Assembly (NCBI GenBank): GCA_018816525.1
Contig: JAHIVV010000037.1
Coordinates: 1-63,717 of the forward strand
Direction: 5' to 3'
Source: Elusimicrobiota bacterium
GTDB lineage: Bacteria; Elusimicrobiota; Endomicrobiia; CG1-02-37-114; XYA2-FULL-39-19
DNA: 63,717 nucleotides
In this document: positions 38,253 to 47,868 of the stretch, one piece after another
Layout: every line of letters starts with the position of its first letter
How positions within the stretch are numbered: position 1 is the first letter of the stretch
Notes under the pieces: generated by a model
Told to the model about the DNA's origin: nothing
The model's database searches: none
Seen by the model: the letters and a program-made list of their open reading frames with translations, nothing else
Program-made: the position numbers and the translations under genes

Positions 38253-39349
38253 ATGATTGCTATCTCCGTATCTTTATCAAATATGTGCATTTTGTTCATG
38301 TCAAAGGTAATTTCTATGGTCTGGTGGGATTCTATCTGATTGTAGGGGCTTACTCTTGCGACAAACAAACTTTTACCTGTAGTCAAATGCAGTAAAGTCT
38401 CGCTGCCTAATGGTTCAATTACGTCTACAGTAACCATTACCGTATTATCAGGCGTGGCTATGCTTGCATATAACCTGTCCAGGCAATCTTCCGGCCTTAT
38501 ACCGAAAACTACTTCCTTGTCAACATAAGGCATGGCGATTTCTTTGTATTCATCAGGAATTTTAAATTCTATTTTACCTTCGTCCAGCCATAAGCTGTCC
38601 ATTTTTTTAACTATTTTTGCATCTATGAAATTCATGGCAGGGCTTCCGATAAAACCCGCAACAAATTTATTAGCAGGTTTGGAGTAAATATTTAACGGGT
38701 TAGCAGTCTGTTGAATGACGCCGTCCTTCATAATAACAATTTTATCCCCAAGAGTCATGGCTTCTACCTGGTCATGGGTAACATATATGCTTGTTGTCTG
38801 CAGTCTTTCATGAAGTTTTTTAAGTTCTGAGCGCATCTGGATTCTAAGTTTTGCATCAAGGTTGGATAGAGGTTCGTCGAAAAGAAACACTTTCGGTTTG
38901 CGGACTATGGTTCTGCCCAGGGCTACTCTTTGTCTTTGCCCTCCGGAAAGCGCTTTTGGAACACGTTCAAGCAATGTATTTATATCAAGGATATTAGCTG
39001 CATTTTGAACGCGCTGCTCAATTTCAGCTTTTGTGTAGCCTCTTAATTTTAAACCAAAAGCCATGTTTTCATATACTTTCATATGCGGGTAAAGTGCGTA
39101 ATTTTGAAAAACCATCGCAATATCCCTGTCTTTTGGGGGAATATCGTTTACTAACTTATCTCCAATCCAAATCTCGCCTTCGGTTATATCTTCCAACCCT
39201 GCTACCATGCGTAATGTGGTGGATTTTCCGCAGCCTGAAGGGCCTACGATTACACAAAATTCTTTATCCCTGATTTCCAGATTAATATTGTTCACGACAA
39301 GTGTTTTGTCGAACTTTTTCACTAAATTCTTTAAAATAACTTCAGCCAT
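38249..39349 (-). CDS. MalK/UgpC/MsmK-type carbohydrate ABC transporter ATPase
   Basis: GPSGCGKST, LSGGQRQR, LFDEPLSNLD, C-terminal TOBE-like domain. No permease or binding protein nearby. ATGA overlap with the kinase gene. Confidence 0.9.
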   Translation of the reverse strand: MAEVILKNLVKKFDKTLVVNNINLEIRDKEFCVIVGPSGCGKSTTLRMVAGLEDITEGEIWIGDKLVNDIPPKDRDIAMVFQNYALYPHMKVYENMAFGLKLRGYTKAEIEQRVQNAANILDINTLLERVPKALSGGQRQRVALGRTIVRKPKVFLFDEPLSNLDAKLRIQMRSELKKLHERLQTTSIYVTHDQVEAMTLGDKIVIMKDGVIQQTANPLNIYSKPANKFVAGFIGSPAMNFIDAKIVKKMDSLWLDEGKIEFKIPDEYKEIAMPYVDKEVVFGIRPEDCLDRLYASIATPDNTVMVTVDVIEPLGSETLLHLTTGKSLFVARVSPYNQIESHQTIEITFDMNKMHIFDKDTEIAII

Positions 39350-39417
39350 GTATACCCTCCATTTTGTAAGGCATTATACATTTAAAGTTTATAACTGTCA
39401 AATTCGTGCTGGAGAAT

Positions 39418-40527
39418 TTAGATCAAGGTTTCCAAATTGGTAAAATTCATTTTAAAAGTATCGGCTACTGCTTTATAGGTCACCTTGCCTAAATATGTAT
39501 TTACGCCCAGGGCAATCGAAGGATACTTTTTTACAGCCTTTTTTATTCCTTCGTCTGCTATTTTTTGCACGTAAGGAAATGTAGCATTTGTCAAAGCAAA
39601 TGTTGAAGTCCTGCCAACGGCTCCCGGCATATTAGCTACGCCATAGTGCACAACCCCGCTGACAATATATACCGGGTCGTTATGAGTTGTAGCATGAATC
39701 GTTTCTATACAGCCGCCCTGATCAACTGCAACATCTACAATTACCGATCCCGGGGACATTGAAGCAACCATTTCTTTTGTAACAAGAACAGGCGCTTTTG
39801 CTCCTTTAATTAATACCGCGCCGATCACAAGGTCGGCATTTTTTACCTGCTCTCTTATAGTATAGCTGTTAGCCATCAAGGGGGTGACATTTTTAGGCAA
39901 TATATCGTCAAGGTATCTGAGACGTTCAAGATTAACGTCAAGAATTGTTACGCTTGCTCCGAGCCCGGAAGCCATTTTTGCCGCATTAGTGCCTACTATT
40001 CCTCCGCCGATAATCACTACTTTGCACGGAGCCACTCCAGGCACACCGCTTAACAAAACACCTTTGCCCATCATTGGTTTTTCAAGGTATTTTGCGCCTT
40101 CCTGAACTGCCATTCTGCCTGCAATTTCACTCATGGGGGTCAAAAGAGGAAGAGTGCCTCTTTCTTCAATTGTTTCGTATGCTACTGCAATACACTTTCT
40201 TTCAAGCATTGCTTTTGTCAGGTGTAAATCCGCTGCAAAATGGAAATATGTAAAAACAATCTGGTTTTCGCGAATTAGAGGAAACTCCTGTTTTAAGGGT
40301 TCTTTTACTTTTACTATCATGTCAGATACAGAAAATATTTCCTTGGCTGAATTCTTTACAGCTGCACCGGCCTTTTTATAATCATTATCGGTTATTCCAC
40401 TGCCGTAACCGGCGTTTTTTTCTACTAGAACTTTATTGCCTTTCTTTACCAATGCCTCAACTCCTGACGGAACCATTGAAACCCTGCATTCATTTTTCTT
40501 GATTTCTTTCACTACGCCGATTATCAT
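39418..40527 (-). CDS. ald: Alanine dehydrogenase
   Basis: MIIGVVKEIK, Rossmann IIGGGIVGTNAA, 369 aa of the AlaDH/PNT family. Confidence 0.9.
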   Translation of the reverse strand: MIIGVVKEIKKNECRVSMVPSGVEALVKKGNKVLVEKNAGYGSGITDNDYKKAGAAVKNSAKEIFSVSDMIVKVKEPLKQEFPLIRENQIVFTYFHFAADLHLTKAMLERKCIAVAYETIEERGTLPLLTPMSEIAGRMAVQEGAKYLEKPMMGKGVLLSGVPGVAPCKVVIIGGGIVGTNAAKMASGLGASVTILDVNLERLRYLDDILPKNVTPLMANSYTIREQVKNADLVIGAVLIKGAKAPVLVTKEMVASMSPGSVIVDVAVDQGGCIETIHATTHNDPVYIVSGVVHYGVANMPGAVGRTSTFALTNATFPYVQKIADEGIKKAVKKYPSIALGVNTYLGKVTYKAVADTFKMNFTNLETLI

Positions 40528-40690
40528 TTTTCCTCCAATTGGTTTTTAAAATGGCGAACATATATCCACCTTTGACCCATATAATAAATTATTTTTGAAT
40601 AGTTGTCAAATGGTTGAAAATAATTTAAAAAAAATGTATGATGAACAGGCGAAATCACAGTCCACTTTAGGAAGGACGTGGAAAAAATAC

Positions 40691-41143
40691 ATGATAATCA
40701 TTGGTGAAAGAATAAATGCAAGCCGTAAAACCATTTTTGAAACAATTGAGAAAAAGGATGTTAATTTCATTCAGCAGGAAGCAATAAATCAGGTAAATGC
40801 AGGCGCGCATTATCTTGATGTAAATTGCGGCACAAATATTAAAGACGAACCCAAAAACATGGAGTGGCTTGTGCCCGTCATCCAGGAAGTTGTTGATGTT
40901 CATCTGGTAATTGACAGCCCAAACCCGGAAGCGCTGGATAGCGGCCTCAAACTCTGCAAACATAAACCGATAGTAAATTCGATAACTGCAGAAAAAGAAC
41001 GGATAAAAAATATCGCGCCGCTGGTTGAAAAATATAATGCAGATGTTATTGCTCTTACTATAATAGAGGAAGGAATGCCGCATACAGCCCTGGAACGTTT
41101 AGATATTGCAAAAAAAATCATCGATTCGGTCAAAACTGCATGA
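40691..41143 (+). pseudogene. 3-prime-truncated pterin-binding methyl-THF:corrinoid methyltransferase (MeTr/AcsE/MetH-like); only about 150 of about 260 residues remain
   Basis: MIIIGERINAS..GAHYLDVNCG..MEWLV..VIDSPNP..NSITAE aligns with the N-terminal 60% of MeTr. It stops at ..DSVKTA, before the expected DP..GLSN motifs, and tRNA genes follow. Confidence 0.65.
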
Positions 41144-41173
41144 ACTACATAACCGCTTTTAAAGAAGGAAAAT

Positions 41174-41202
41174 ATTGACATTTCTATTGGATTTTGTTAT
41201 AA
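41174..41202 (+). promoter_or_regulatory. Sigma70-type promoter for tRNA-Cys/tRNA-Val (TTGACA-17-TATAAA)
   Basis: Hexamers with a 17-nt spacer, 18 nt upstream of tRNA-Cys. Confidence 0.5.
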
Positions 41203-41220
41203 AAATGAACCTAAAACAAC

Positions 41221-41292
41221 GGTGCGGTACCCAAGTGGCAAGGGAACAGTCTGCAAAACTGTGATTCGCCGGTTCAAATCCGGCCCGCACCT
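41221..41292 (+). tRNA. tRNA-Cys (anticodon GCA)
   Basis: Acceptor GGTGCGG/CCGCACC, anticodon loop CTGCAAA, T-loop GGTTCAAATCC, discriminator T. Confidence 0.88.
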
Positions 41293-41304
41293 TTTTATGG
41301 AGAC

Positions 41305-41378
41305 GGGCGATTAGCTCAGTTGGATAGAGCACTACCTTGACATGGTAGGGGTCACAGGTTCAAGTCCTGTATCGCCCA
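41305..41378 (+). tRNA. tRNA-Val (anticodon GAC)
   Basis: Acceptor GGGCGAT/ATCGCCC, D-arm TAGCTCAGTTGGATAGAGC, anticodon loop CTTGACA, T-loop GGTTCAAGTCC. Confidence 0.88.
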
Positions 41379-41428
41379 TATAGGTAAGTATCCCGATCAC
41401 GTTTAAAGGAAAAATCGGGAAATCATAT

Positions 41429-43138
41429 ATGGAAAATTTGGAATTGGAAAAACTCAGGCATTCAACCAGCCACGTGATGGCTCAGTCGGTTTCTGCCCTA
41501 TTTCCGGGCACAAAATTTGCTATCGGCCCTTCTATCGAAAATGGGTTTTACTACGATTTCGATTCTCCAGCCCGCTTCATGCCAGAAGACCTTTTAAAAA
41601 TCGAGAAAAGGATGAAAGACATAATAACAAACAAACTCGAATTTATAAAGAAAGATGTAAGTAAACAGGAAGCCATAGATTTTTTTTCGAAAACCGGCCA
41701 AAAATATAAAATTGAGCTTATAAATGATATACCCGGGGAGACGGTTACTTTTTACCAGCAGGGAAGCTTTACCGACCTTTGCCGCGGCCCTCATGTAAAA
41801 TCCACTTCAGAAATAAAATATTTCAAACTGCTTTCAGTTGCCGGCGCCTATTGGCGCGGGGACGAAAAGAGGGAACAGCTCCAACGCATTTATGGAACTG
41901 CGTTTCTTACCAAAGAAGAGTTGGATAAATACCTTGCTTTCCTTGAAGAAGCCAAAGCCCGGGACCACAGAAAACTGGGTAAAGAGCTTGATTTATTCAG
42001 CATCCAGGATGAAGTAGGCGCAGGCCTGATTCTCTGGCATCCAAAAGGCGCTTTAATGAGAAAGATAATTGAAGACTTTTGGAAAAATGCCCATTTAAAA
42101 AATGGTTATCAACTCCTTAATACACCCCATATAGCTCACCTTGAACTCTGGAATACAAGCGGGCATACAAATTTTTATAAAGAAAACATGTTTTCTTCTA
42201 TGGATGTTGATGGGCAGGATTATCAGATAAAACCGATGAACTGTCCTTTTCATATTCTGGTATATAAAACTCATCTTAGAAGTTACCGTGATTTGCCCAT
42301 CCGGTACGCTGAGCTTGGAACAGTTTATAGATATGAAAGAAGCGGAGTACTCCATGGATTGATGAGGGTCCGCGGTTTCACCCAGGACGATGCGCATATT
42401 TATTGCAGGCCGGGCCAGCTTGAAAATGAAATCAAAGATGTAATCAAATTTGTCATTTATATACTTAAAACTTTCGGATTTGAAAACTATGAAATATTCC
42501 TCAGCACCAGGCCGGAAAAATATACCGGTGAACTTTCAGATTGGGAAAAAGCTACGAATGCTTTGAAAATAGCGCTGGAAAATCTAAACCTTCCTTACCG
42601 GATAGACCCCGGGGAAGGCGTTTTTTACGGGCCAAAAATCGACTTAAAAATAAAGGATTGTTTAGGCAGGTCCTGGCAATGTTCTACAATCCAGATTGAT
42701 TTCAATTTGCCAAAAGCTTTCAATATGGAATATATGAATGAACAAAGCCAGCCGGAAAAACCGGTTATGATCCACAGGGCTTTGATGGGTTCATTGGAAA
42801 GATTTTTCGGAGTCCTGATCGAACATTATGCCGGCGCTTTCCCTTTATGGCTTGCGCCAGTGCAAGCAAAGGTTATCAGCATAAGCGACAAAGCGCAAGC
42901 GTATGCCAATGAAGTAAATAAACAGCTGCTTAATAGCGATATACGCAGTGAAGCAGATACCCGCAATGAAACGCTTGGATATAAAATAAGGGAAGCGACA
43001 ATGAGCAAAATTCCATATGTTATAGTTGTCGGGGAAAAAGAAATAGAAAATAAAAAAATCTCTGTTAGGACATATGGCAGCAAGGTTTCGAACGAAACCA
43101 CTGTCTCAGATTTTATTTCTCTCTTGACATCCAAGTAG
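41429..43138 (+). CDS. thrS: Threonyl-tRNA synthetase lacking the N-terminal TGS domain
   Basis: Starts directly at the editing-domain motif LRHSTSHVMAQ. CRGPHV, AGAYWRGD, class-II catalytic core and anticodon-binding domain are all present. 569 aa. Confidence 0.92.
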   Translation: MENLELEKLRHSTSHVMAQSVSALFPGTKFAIGPSIENGFYYDFDSPARFMPEDLLKIEKRMKDIITNKLEFIKKDVSKQEAIDFFSKTGQKYKIELINDIPGETVTFYQQGSFTDLCRGPHVKSTSEIKYFKLLSVAGAYWRGDEKREQLQRIYGTAFLTKEELDKYLAFLEEAKARDHRKLGKELDLFSIQDEVGAGLILWHPKGALMRKIIEDFWKNAHLKNGYQLLNTPHIAHLELWNTSGHTNFYKENMFSSMDVDGQDYQIKPMNCPFHILVYKTHLRSYRDLPIRYAELGTVYRYERSGVLHGLMRVRGFTQDDAHIYCRPGQLENEIKDVIKFVIYILKTFGFENYEIFLSTRPEKYTGELSDWEKATNALKIALENLNLPYRIDPGEGVFYGPKIDLKIKDCLGRSWQCSTIQIDFNLPKAFNMEYMNEQSQPEKPVMIHRALMGSLERFFGVLIEHYAGAFPLWLAPVQAKVISISDKAQAYANEVNKQLLNSDIRSEADTRNETLGYKIREATMSKIPYVIVVGEKEIENKKISVRTYGSKVSNETTVSDFISLLTSK

Positions 43139-43199
43139 TATTTTAGTATATATTAAGGCAATTTTATAAACAAGTGAGAGGAGAAAATTTAAACACACT

Positions 43200-43730
43200 G
43201 TGAAACCCGGAGAACATAAAAACTACGTTCGTACCAATGATTACATAAGAGTGCCTCAGGTAAGACTGATTGATGAAACCGAAGGCCAGCTTGGGGTAAA
43301 AACGATTCAGGAAGCATTAAAACTTGCCAGGGAAAAGGGCAAAGACTTAATCGAAATAGTTCCTCAGTCGAACCCACCTATCTGCAAAATAATGGATTTT
43401 TCGAAGTATAAATACGAACAAAACCAGAAATTGAAGGACCAAAGAAAAAGACAGAGAAACACTTCTATAATCAAAGAAATACGTTTGAGGCCGATGATAA
43501 GCGAGCATGATCTGGCGTTTAAGCTTAACCATGCGAGAGACTTTTTCGAAGAGAACCATAAAGTAAAATTTACGATATTGTTTTTGGGAAGGGAAATGTC
43601 CCACAATCAAATTGGAAGGGAACTTGCTAAAAAAATCAGGGAACAGCTTAAAGAAGTCGCTGAAGTCGATTTTGAACCAAAACTAGAGGGGAATAGGCTG
43701 ATAGCGCAGTTTTCGCCTATAAAAAAATGA
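43200..43730 (+). CDS. infC: Translation initiation factor IF-3
   Basis: IRVPQVRLIDETEGQLGV and the C-terminal IF3 domain. GTG start 13 nt after gaggag; the start is somewhat uncertain, as is usual for infC. Confidence 0.88.
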   Translation: MKPGEHKNYVRTNDYIRVPQVRLIDETEGQLGVKTIQEALKLAREKGKDLIEIVPQSNPPICKIMDFSKYKYEQNQKLKDQRKRQRNTSIIKEIRLRPMISEHDLAFKLNHARDFFEENHKVKFTILFLGREMSHNQIGRELAKKIREQLKEVAEVDFEPKLEGNRLIAQFSPIKK

Positions 43731-43924
43731 ACAAATTAAAAACACACAGCGGTGCAAAAAAAAGATTTAGAGTAACAGGGACAGGCAAGATCAAATACAA
43801 ACAGGCAGGACAGAGGCATTTGTTAACCGGGATGTCTTCAAATAGAGGCAGGCGCCTCAGAAGAACCGAAGTATTAAGCGGTCCGGAGAGAAAAATCATA
43901 AAACTAACATTGGGAAATCGATAA
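43727..43924 (+). CDS. rpmI: Ribosomal protein L35
   Basis: MNKLKTHSGAKKRFRVTGTGKIK. ATGA overlap with infC. Confidence 0.93.
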   Translation: MNKLKTHSGAKKRFRVTGTGKIKYKQAGQRHLLTGMSSNRGRRLRRTEVLSGPERKIIKLTLGNR

Positions 43925-43932
43925 AAGGGGAT

Positions 43933-43969
43933 ATACCCCATAGCCTTCCTAGCGGCTAGCATGGGGTAT
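43933..43969 (+). promoter_or_regulatory. Stable hairpin between rpmI and rplT, immediately 5-prime of the rplT SD
   Basis: ataccccat (43933-43941) pairs with atggggtat (43961-43969), with inner agcc/ggct pairing. No U-tract follows. The SD aagaagg comes next. Confidence 0.35.
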
Positions 43970-43984
43970 TAAGAAGGTACTAAA

Positions 43985-44341
43985 ATGAGAATAAAAAGCG
44001 GAGTTTATACAAGACAAAGAAAGAAAAAATATTTTAGGCTGGCTAAAGGCAGTTACTCAAACAAGGGAAACCGCTGGAGAATGGTCCACCAGCATGTGGA
44101 AAAATCCCTGGAAAAATCTTACATTGACAGAAAAAAGAAAAAAAGAAATTACAAAAAATTATGGATTTCAAGGATTAATGCCATAGCCAGAGAGTTTAAC
44201 CTACCATATAACAAATTCATGAACGGGCTTGTCAAATCAGGCGTTACCATCAACCGTAAAATGCTTGCAGACATGGCAGTAAATGACCGTGCATCATTTA
44301 CAAACCTCATGGACCTTGCAAAAAAAGCCCTGGCAAAATAA
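43985..44341 (+). CDS. rplT: Ribosomal protein L20
   Basis: MRIKSGVYTRQRKKKYFRLAKG..., 118 aa. Confidence 0.93.
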   Translation: MRIKSGVYTRQRKKKYFRLAKGSYSNKGNRWRMVHQHVEKSLEKSYIDRKKKKRNYKKLWISRINAIAREFNLPYNKFMNGLVKSGVTINRKMLADMAVNDRASFTNLMDLAKKALAK

Positions 44342-44359
44342 ATTTAGTTTTCCCAGTAT

Positions 44360-45439
44360 ATGAAAAAACCTGATTCTTCTTTGGCCCAAAAGACGGCGCT
44401 TGATATTAAGAATGTTCAAAAAGAAATATTTGAGCTTGTAAATTCTGCGTCAGATATCAAGCTTCTCGAGGAACTAAAAAACAAATACCTCGGAAGAAAA
44501 GGCAAGATAAACGCCATATCACAAAATCTTCCGGAAATCCCTGTTGATAAAAGAAAAGAAATAGGGCAGGCGTTAAACAAGCTGAAAACCGAAACCGAAA
44601 CATCGATAGACAACAAATTCAAAACTCTCAGCCGGGCTTCTGCCGAAACCTCGGAAGCAAATAAAGAAAAAATCGACATTACCTTACCTGGGAACCCTGT
44701 AAATCATGCGCATAAACACCCTCTTACGCAGATTACGCAAGAGATTTCCAAAATCTTTATCTCCCTGGGTTTTCAGACAGCAACCGGCCCCGATATAGAA
44801 TCCGATTATTACAATTTTGAAGCGCTTAATATACCAGCTGAACATCCGGCAAGGGATATGCATGATACTTTTTACATAAAAACTGATTCACAGCCGGACG
44901 GGCCGGGCACTACTCTGTTAAGGACGCACACTTCTCCCGTACAGATAAGGGTTATGGAGAAATTCCAGCCGCCTGTAAGAATTATTGTTCCCGGGAGAGT
45001 TTACCGCAATGAAGCGATAGACGCTACTCATTCGGCAGTTTTCCATCAGATTGAAGGCCTTGCTGTAGATGAAAATATAACTTTCGCAGACCTTAAAGCG
45101 ACCCTTGCTACTTTCGCAAAAAAAATGTTCGGTGAAAAAATAGCAGTTAGATTCAGGCCTTCCTATTTTCCGTTCACGGAGCCTTCAGCAGAAATGGATG
45201 TCAGATGTATTTTTTGCGGCGGAAAAGGCTGCAAGATTTGCAAGAATTTAGGCTGGCTTGAGACCCTTGGATGCGGAATGGTAAACCCCAGGGTTTTCGA
45301 TTATGTAAAATATGACAGGGAAAAGTACACCGGTTTTGCTTTTGGCATAGGTGTAGAACGCATAACAATGCTTAAGTTCGGCGTGGATGATGTGCGTTTA
45401 TTCTATGAAAATGACTTGAGATTTCTTAAACAGTTCTAA
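44360..45439 (+). CDS. pheS: Phenylalanyl-tRNA synthetase alpha subunit
   Basis: HPARDMHDTFY, FRPSYFPFTEPS, GFAFGIGVER. Confidence 0.94.
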   Translation: MKKPDSSLAQKTALDIKNVQKEIFELVNSASDIKLLEELKNKYLGRKGKINAISQNLPEIPVDKRKEIGQALNKLKTETETSIDNKFKTLSRASAETSEANKEKIDITLPGNPVNHAHKHPLTQITQEISKIFISLGFQTATGPDIESDYYNFEALNIPAEHPARDMHDTFYIKTDSQPDGPGTTLLRTHTSPVQIRVMEKFQPPVRIIVPGRVYRNEAIDATHSAVFHQIEGLAVDENITFADLKATLATFAKKMFGEKIAVRFRPSYFPFTEPSAEMDVRCIFCGGKGCKICKNLGWLETLGCGMVNPRVFDYVKYDREKYTGFAFGIGVERITMLKFGVDDVRLFYENDLRFLKQF

Positions 45440-45447
45440 ACAGAAAA

Positions 45448-47835
45448 ATGAAAATATCCTATAATTGGTTAAAAGAATTCATTGCAATTGAACAATACGC
45501 TCCTGAGCAGATAGCCGAAATTCTTCTTTCTATCGGCCTTGAAGTCGAAGAAATAGTACGCCCCTACAATATTCCGGATACCGTAATAACCGCTGAAATT
45601 AAAAATATTGCGAAACACCCAAATGCGGATAAACTCACTGTTTGTATTGTTACAGACGGTTCAACAGAACACCAGATTGTCTGCGGGGCAAAAAATATAA
45701 ATAACGGCGATAAAATACCGCTTGCACTCCCGGGTTCGAAACTACCTAATGGCCTGGAAATAAAACCAACGGCAATACGCGGAATTGAGTCCTTCGGCAT
45801 GCTTTGCTCTTCAAAAGAGTTAGGCCTTAATGACGACCATTCCGGCATTTTAATTTTGCCGGCAAACACTGTCCTCGGAAAGACTCTTAATGAAACATTG
45901 GGCCTTAACGATATAATATTTGATGTTGCTGTTTATCCGAACCGCCCTGACTGCCTCAGTATATTAGGCGTCGCGCGTGAACTTTCTGCAAAATTAGGTT
46001 TGAACCTTAAGCTTCCCGACCTTTATAATCCGAGAAAATCAGAAAATGAACATTTCCCGGTTGAAATAGTTGAAAATAACCTTTGCAGCAGGTATATTGC
46101 TTCATATCTAAATGATATCAAGGTTACAGACTCTTCACTAAAAATACAATTACGCCTTTTAAACCACGGCCTGCGGCCTATTAACAACGTTGTAGACATT
46201 ACAAATTATGTTTTACTTGAAACAGGACATCCTCTCCACTCTTTTGATATGGACAAACTTTCAGGAAAGAAAATTATAGTTAGAAAAGCCGTGCAGGATG
46301 AAAACCTGCTTGCGCTGAACAAATTAGAATACAAACTTTCTTCAGACATGCTGGTTATCGCCGACGAAAACAGCCCCCAGGCAATTGCCGGCGTGATCGG
46401 CGGAGAAATTTCGGGTGTTACAAAGCATACAAATAATGTTATTCTCGAAAGCGCCCTGTTTAAACCCCAGAGTGTACGCAGCACCAGGAACAAACTGAAC
46501 GTTTCTACAGACGCTTCTTACAGGTTTGAAAGAGGTTGTTCGTGGGAGGGCTGTGAACTGGCGGCAAAAAGAGCGTTATTTCTTTTATTGCAAAACACGG
46601 ACGGTAAATTTGTCAGCATAAATGATACATTTAAAGAAGAATTAAGGCCAAAAAAATTGACTCTGCGCACTTCAAGATTAAATAAAGTCCTTGGCATGAA
46701 CCCTGCCCTGGATAAAAAAGAAATCGGAGATATATTATTAAAGCTGAATTTAAGAGTTGAACCGCAGGATGACAACTTAAACGTTGAAATTCCTACCTAC
46801 AGGCTCGACCTGAACGAAGAAATTGATTTAATCGAAGAAGTCGCGAGAATTAAAGGATATGATTCAATTCCTTCAGATTTAATAACCGCAAAAATACCGG
46901 AATATATCATTGAAGAACCGCTGCTTGATTTACAGGATAAAACCAGGGATTTTCTTACCGGCCAGGGTTTTCATGAAGTTTTAAACTACAGTTTTTACAA
47001 AAACAACCTTCCTGACCTTAAGTCAGATGCCAGCGCATTAATTGAAATTGCGAATCCACTTTCACAGGACACCAAATTTTTAAGGCCTTCTTTGCTTCCA
47101 GGGATGTTTCAGAATGTACTTCATAACCTGAATAACCGGATTGAAGATATTAAACTTTTTGAATTGGGGAAAATATTTTTACAACAGGCTTCAAACAAAA
47201 AAGAAATGAACCATCTTGGCATAATCGCCGTGGGAAACACATTTCCCGTCAGCTGGAAAACTAAAGCGCTTAAAACCGATTACTATGTGATTTCGGGCCT
47301 GGTCCAGAAATTACTCACAAGCACTTTCCAGTTTTCCGGATGGGAATTATCCGAAATAACAGAAGAAGCCGGAATTTTTGCTCAAGGACAGTCCGCAGTG
47401 GTTTGTCATAATAAAGAAATTATCGCAAAATTCGGCCTTATAAATCCCGCTTACCATCCTGACATAAACGAAGACGTGTTTTTTGCCGAAGTTTACATGG
47501 ATAATTTAATTGACAAGGTTTCAAGCGACAGAAAATACAGCCATTATTCAAACCTCCCGCTGTCCAAACGAGACCTATCAGTTTTAGTTCCGGCTGAAAT
47601 AACTTATAGTTGCCTCGCTGATGAGATTCATGGCTGTAAAACAAAGGATATTAATATTGAAATTGAACTGTTTGATTTATATAAAGGAGAAAAAATTCAA
47701 TCCGATAAGAAAAGTTTAAGTTTTACTTTATATTTCAGCCATAAGTCCCGCACGCTTATAGACGAGGAAATAAATGCCGTAATAAAGCAGATTCTTGAAA
47801 AATTGGGTAAAATCGGCATAATGCTTAGAAGTTAA
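45448..47835 (+). CDS. pheT: Phenylalanyl-tRNA synthetase beta subunit
   Basis: MKISYNWLKEF, tRNA-binding OB domain, B3/4 and B5 domains, C-terminal FDX-ACB. 795 aa. Confidence 0.93.
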   Translation: MKISYNWLKEFIAIEQYAPEQIAEILLSIGLEVEEIVRPYNIPDTVITAEIKNIAKHPNADKLTVCIVTDGSTEHQIVCGAKNINNGDKIPLALPGSKLPNGLEIKPTAIRGIESFGMLCSSKELGLNDDHSGILILPANTVLGKTLNETLGLNDIIFDVAVYPNRPDCLSILGVARELSAKLGLNLKLPDLYNPRKSENEHFPVEIVENNLCSRYIASYLNDIKVTDSSLKIQLRLLNHGLRPINNVVDITNYVLLETGHPLHSFDMDKLSGKKIIVRKAVQDENLLALNKLEYKLSSDMLVIADENSPQAIAGVIGGEISGVTKHTNNVILESALFKPQSVRSTRNKLNVSTDASYRFERGCSWEGCELAAKRALFLLLQNTDGKFVSINDTFKEELRPKKLTLRTSRLNKVLGMNPALDKKEIGDILLKLNLRVEPQDDNLNVEIPTYRLDLNEEIDLIEEVARIKGYDSIPSDLITAKIPEYIIEEPLLDLQDKTRDFLTGQGFHEVLNYSFYKNNLPDLKSDASALIEIANPLSQDTKFLRPSLLPGMFQNVLHNLNNRIEDIKLFELGKIFLQQASNKKEMNHLGIIAVGNTFPVSWKTKALKTDYYVISGLVQKLLTSTFQFSGWELSEITEEAGIFAQGQSAVVCHNKEIIAKFGLINPAYHPDINEDVFFAEVYMDNLIDKVSSDRKYSHYSNLPLSKRDLSVLVPAEITYSCLADEIHGCKTKDINIEIELFDLYKGEKIQSDKKSLSFTLYFSHKSRTLIDEEINAVIKQILEKLGKIGIMLRS

Positions 47836-47839
47836 TCAT

Positions 47840-47868
47840 TTGACTTACAAAGCTTTTTATTATATTAT
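47840..47868 (+). promoter_or_regulatory. Sigma70-type promoter (TTGACT-17-TATTAT) abutting the zapB-like ORF
   Basis: The -10 ends at 47868, so the predicted start site near 47875 coincides with the second in-frame ATG. Confidence 0.4.
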
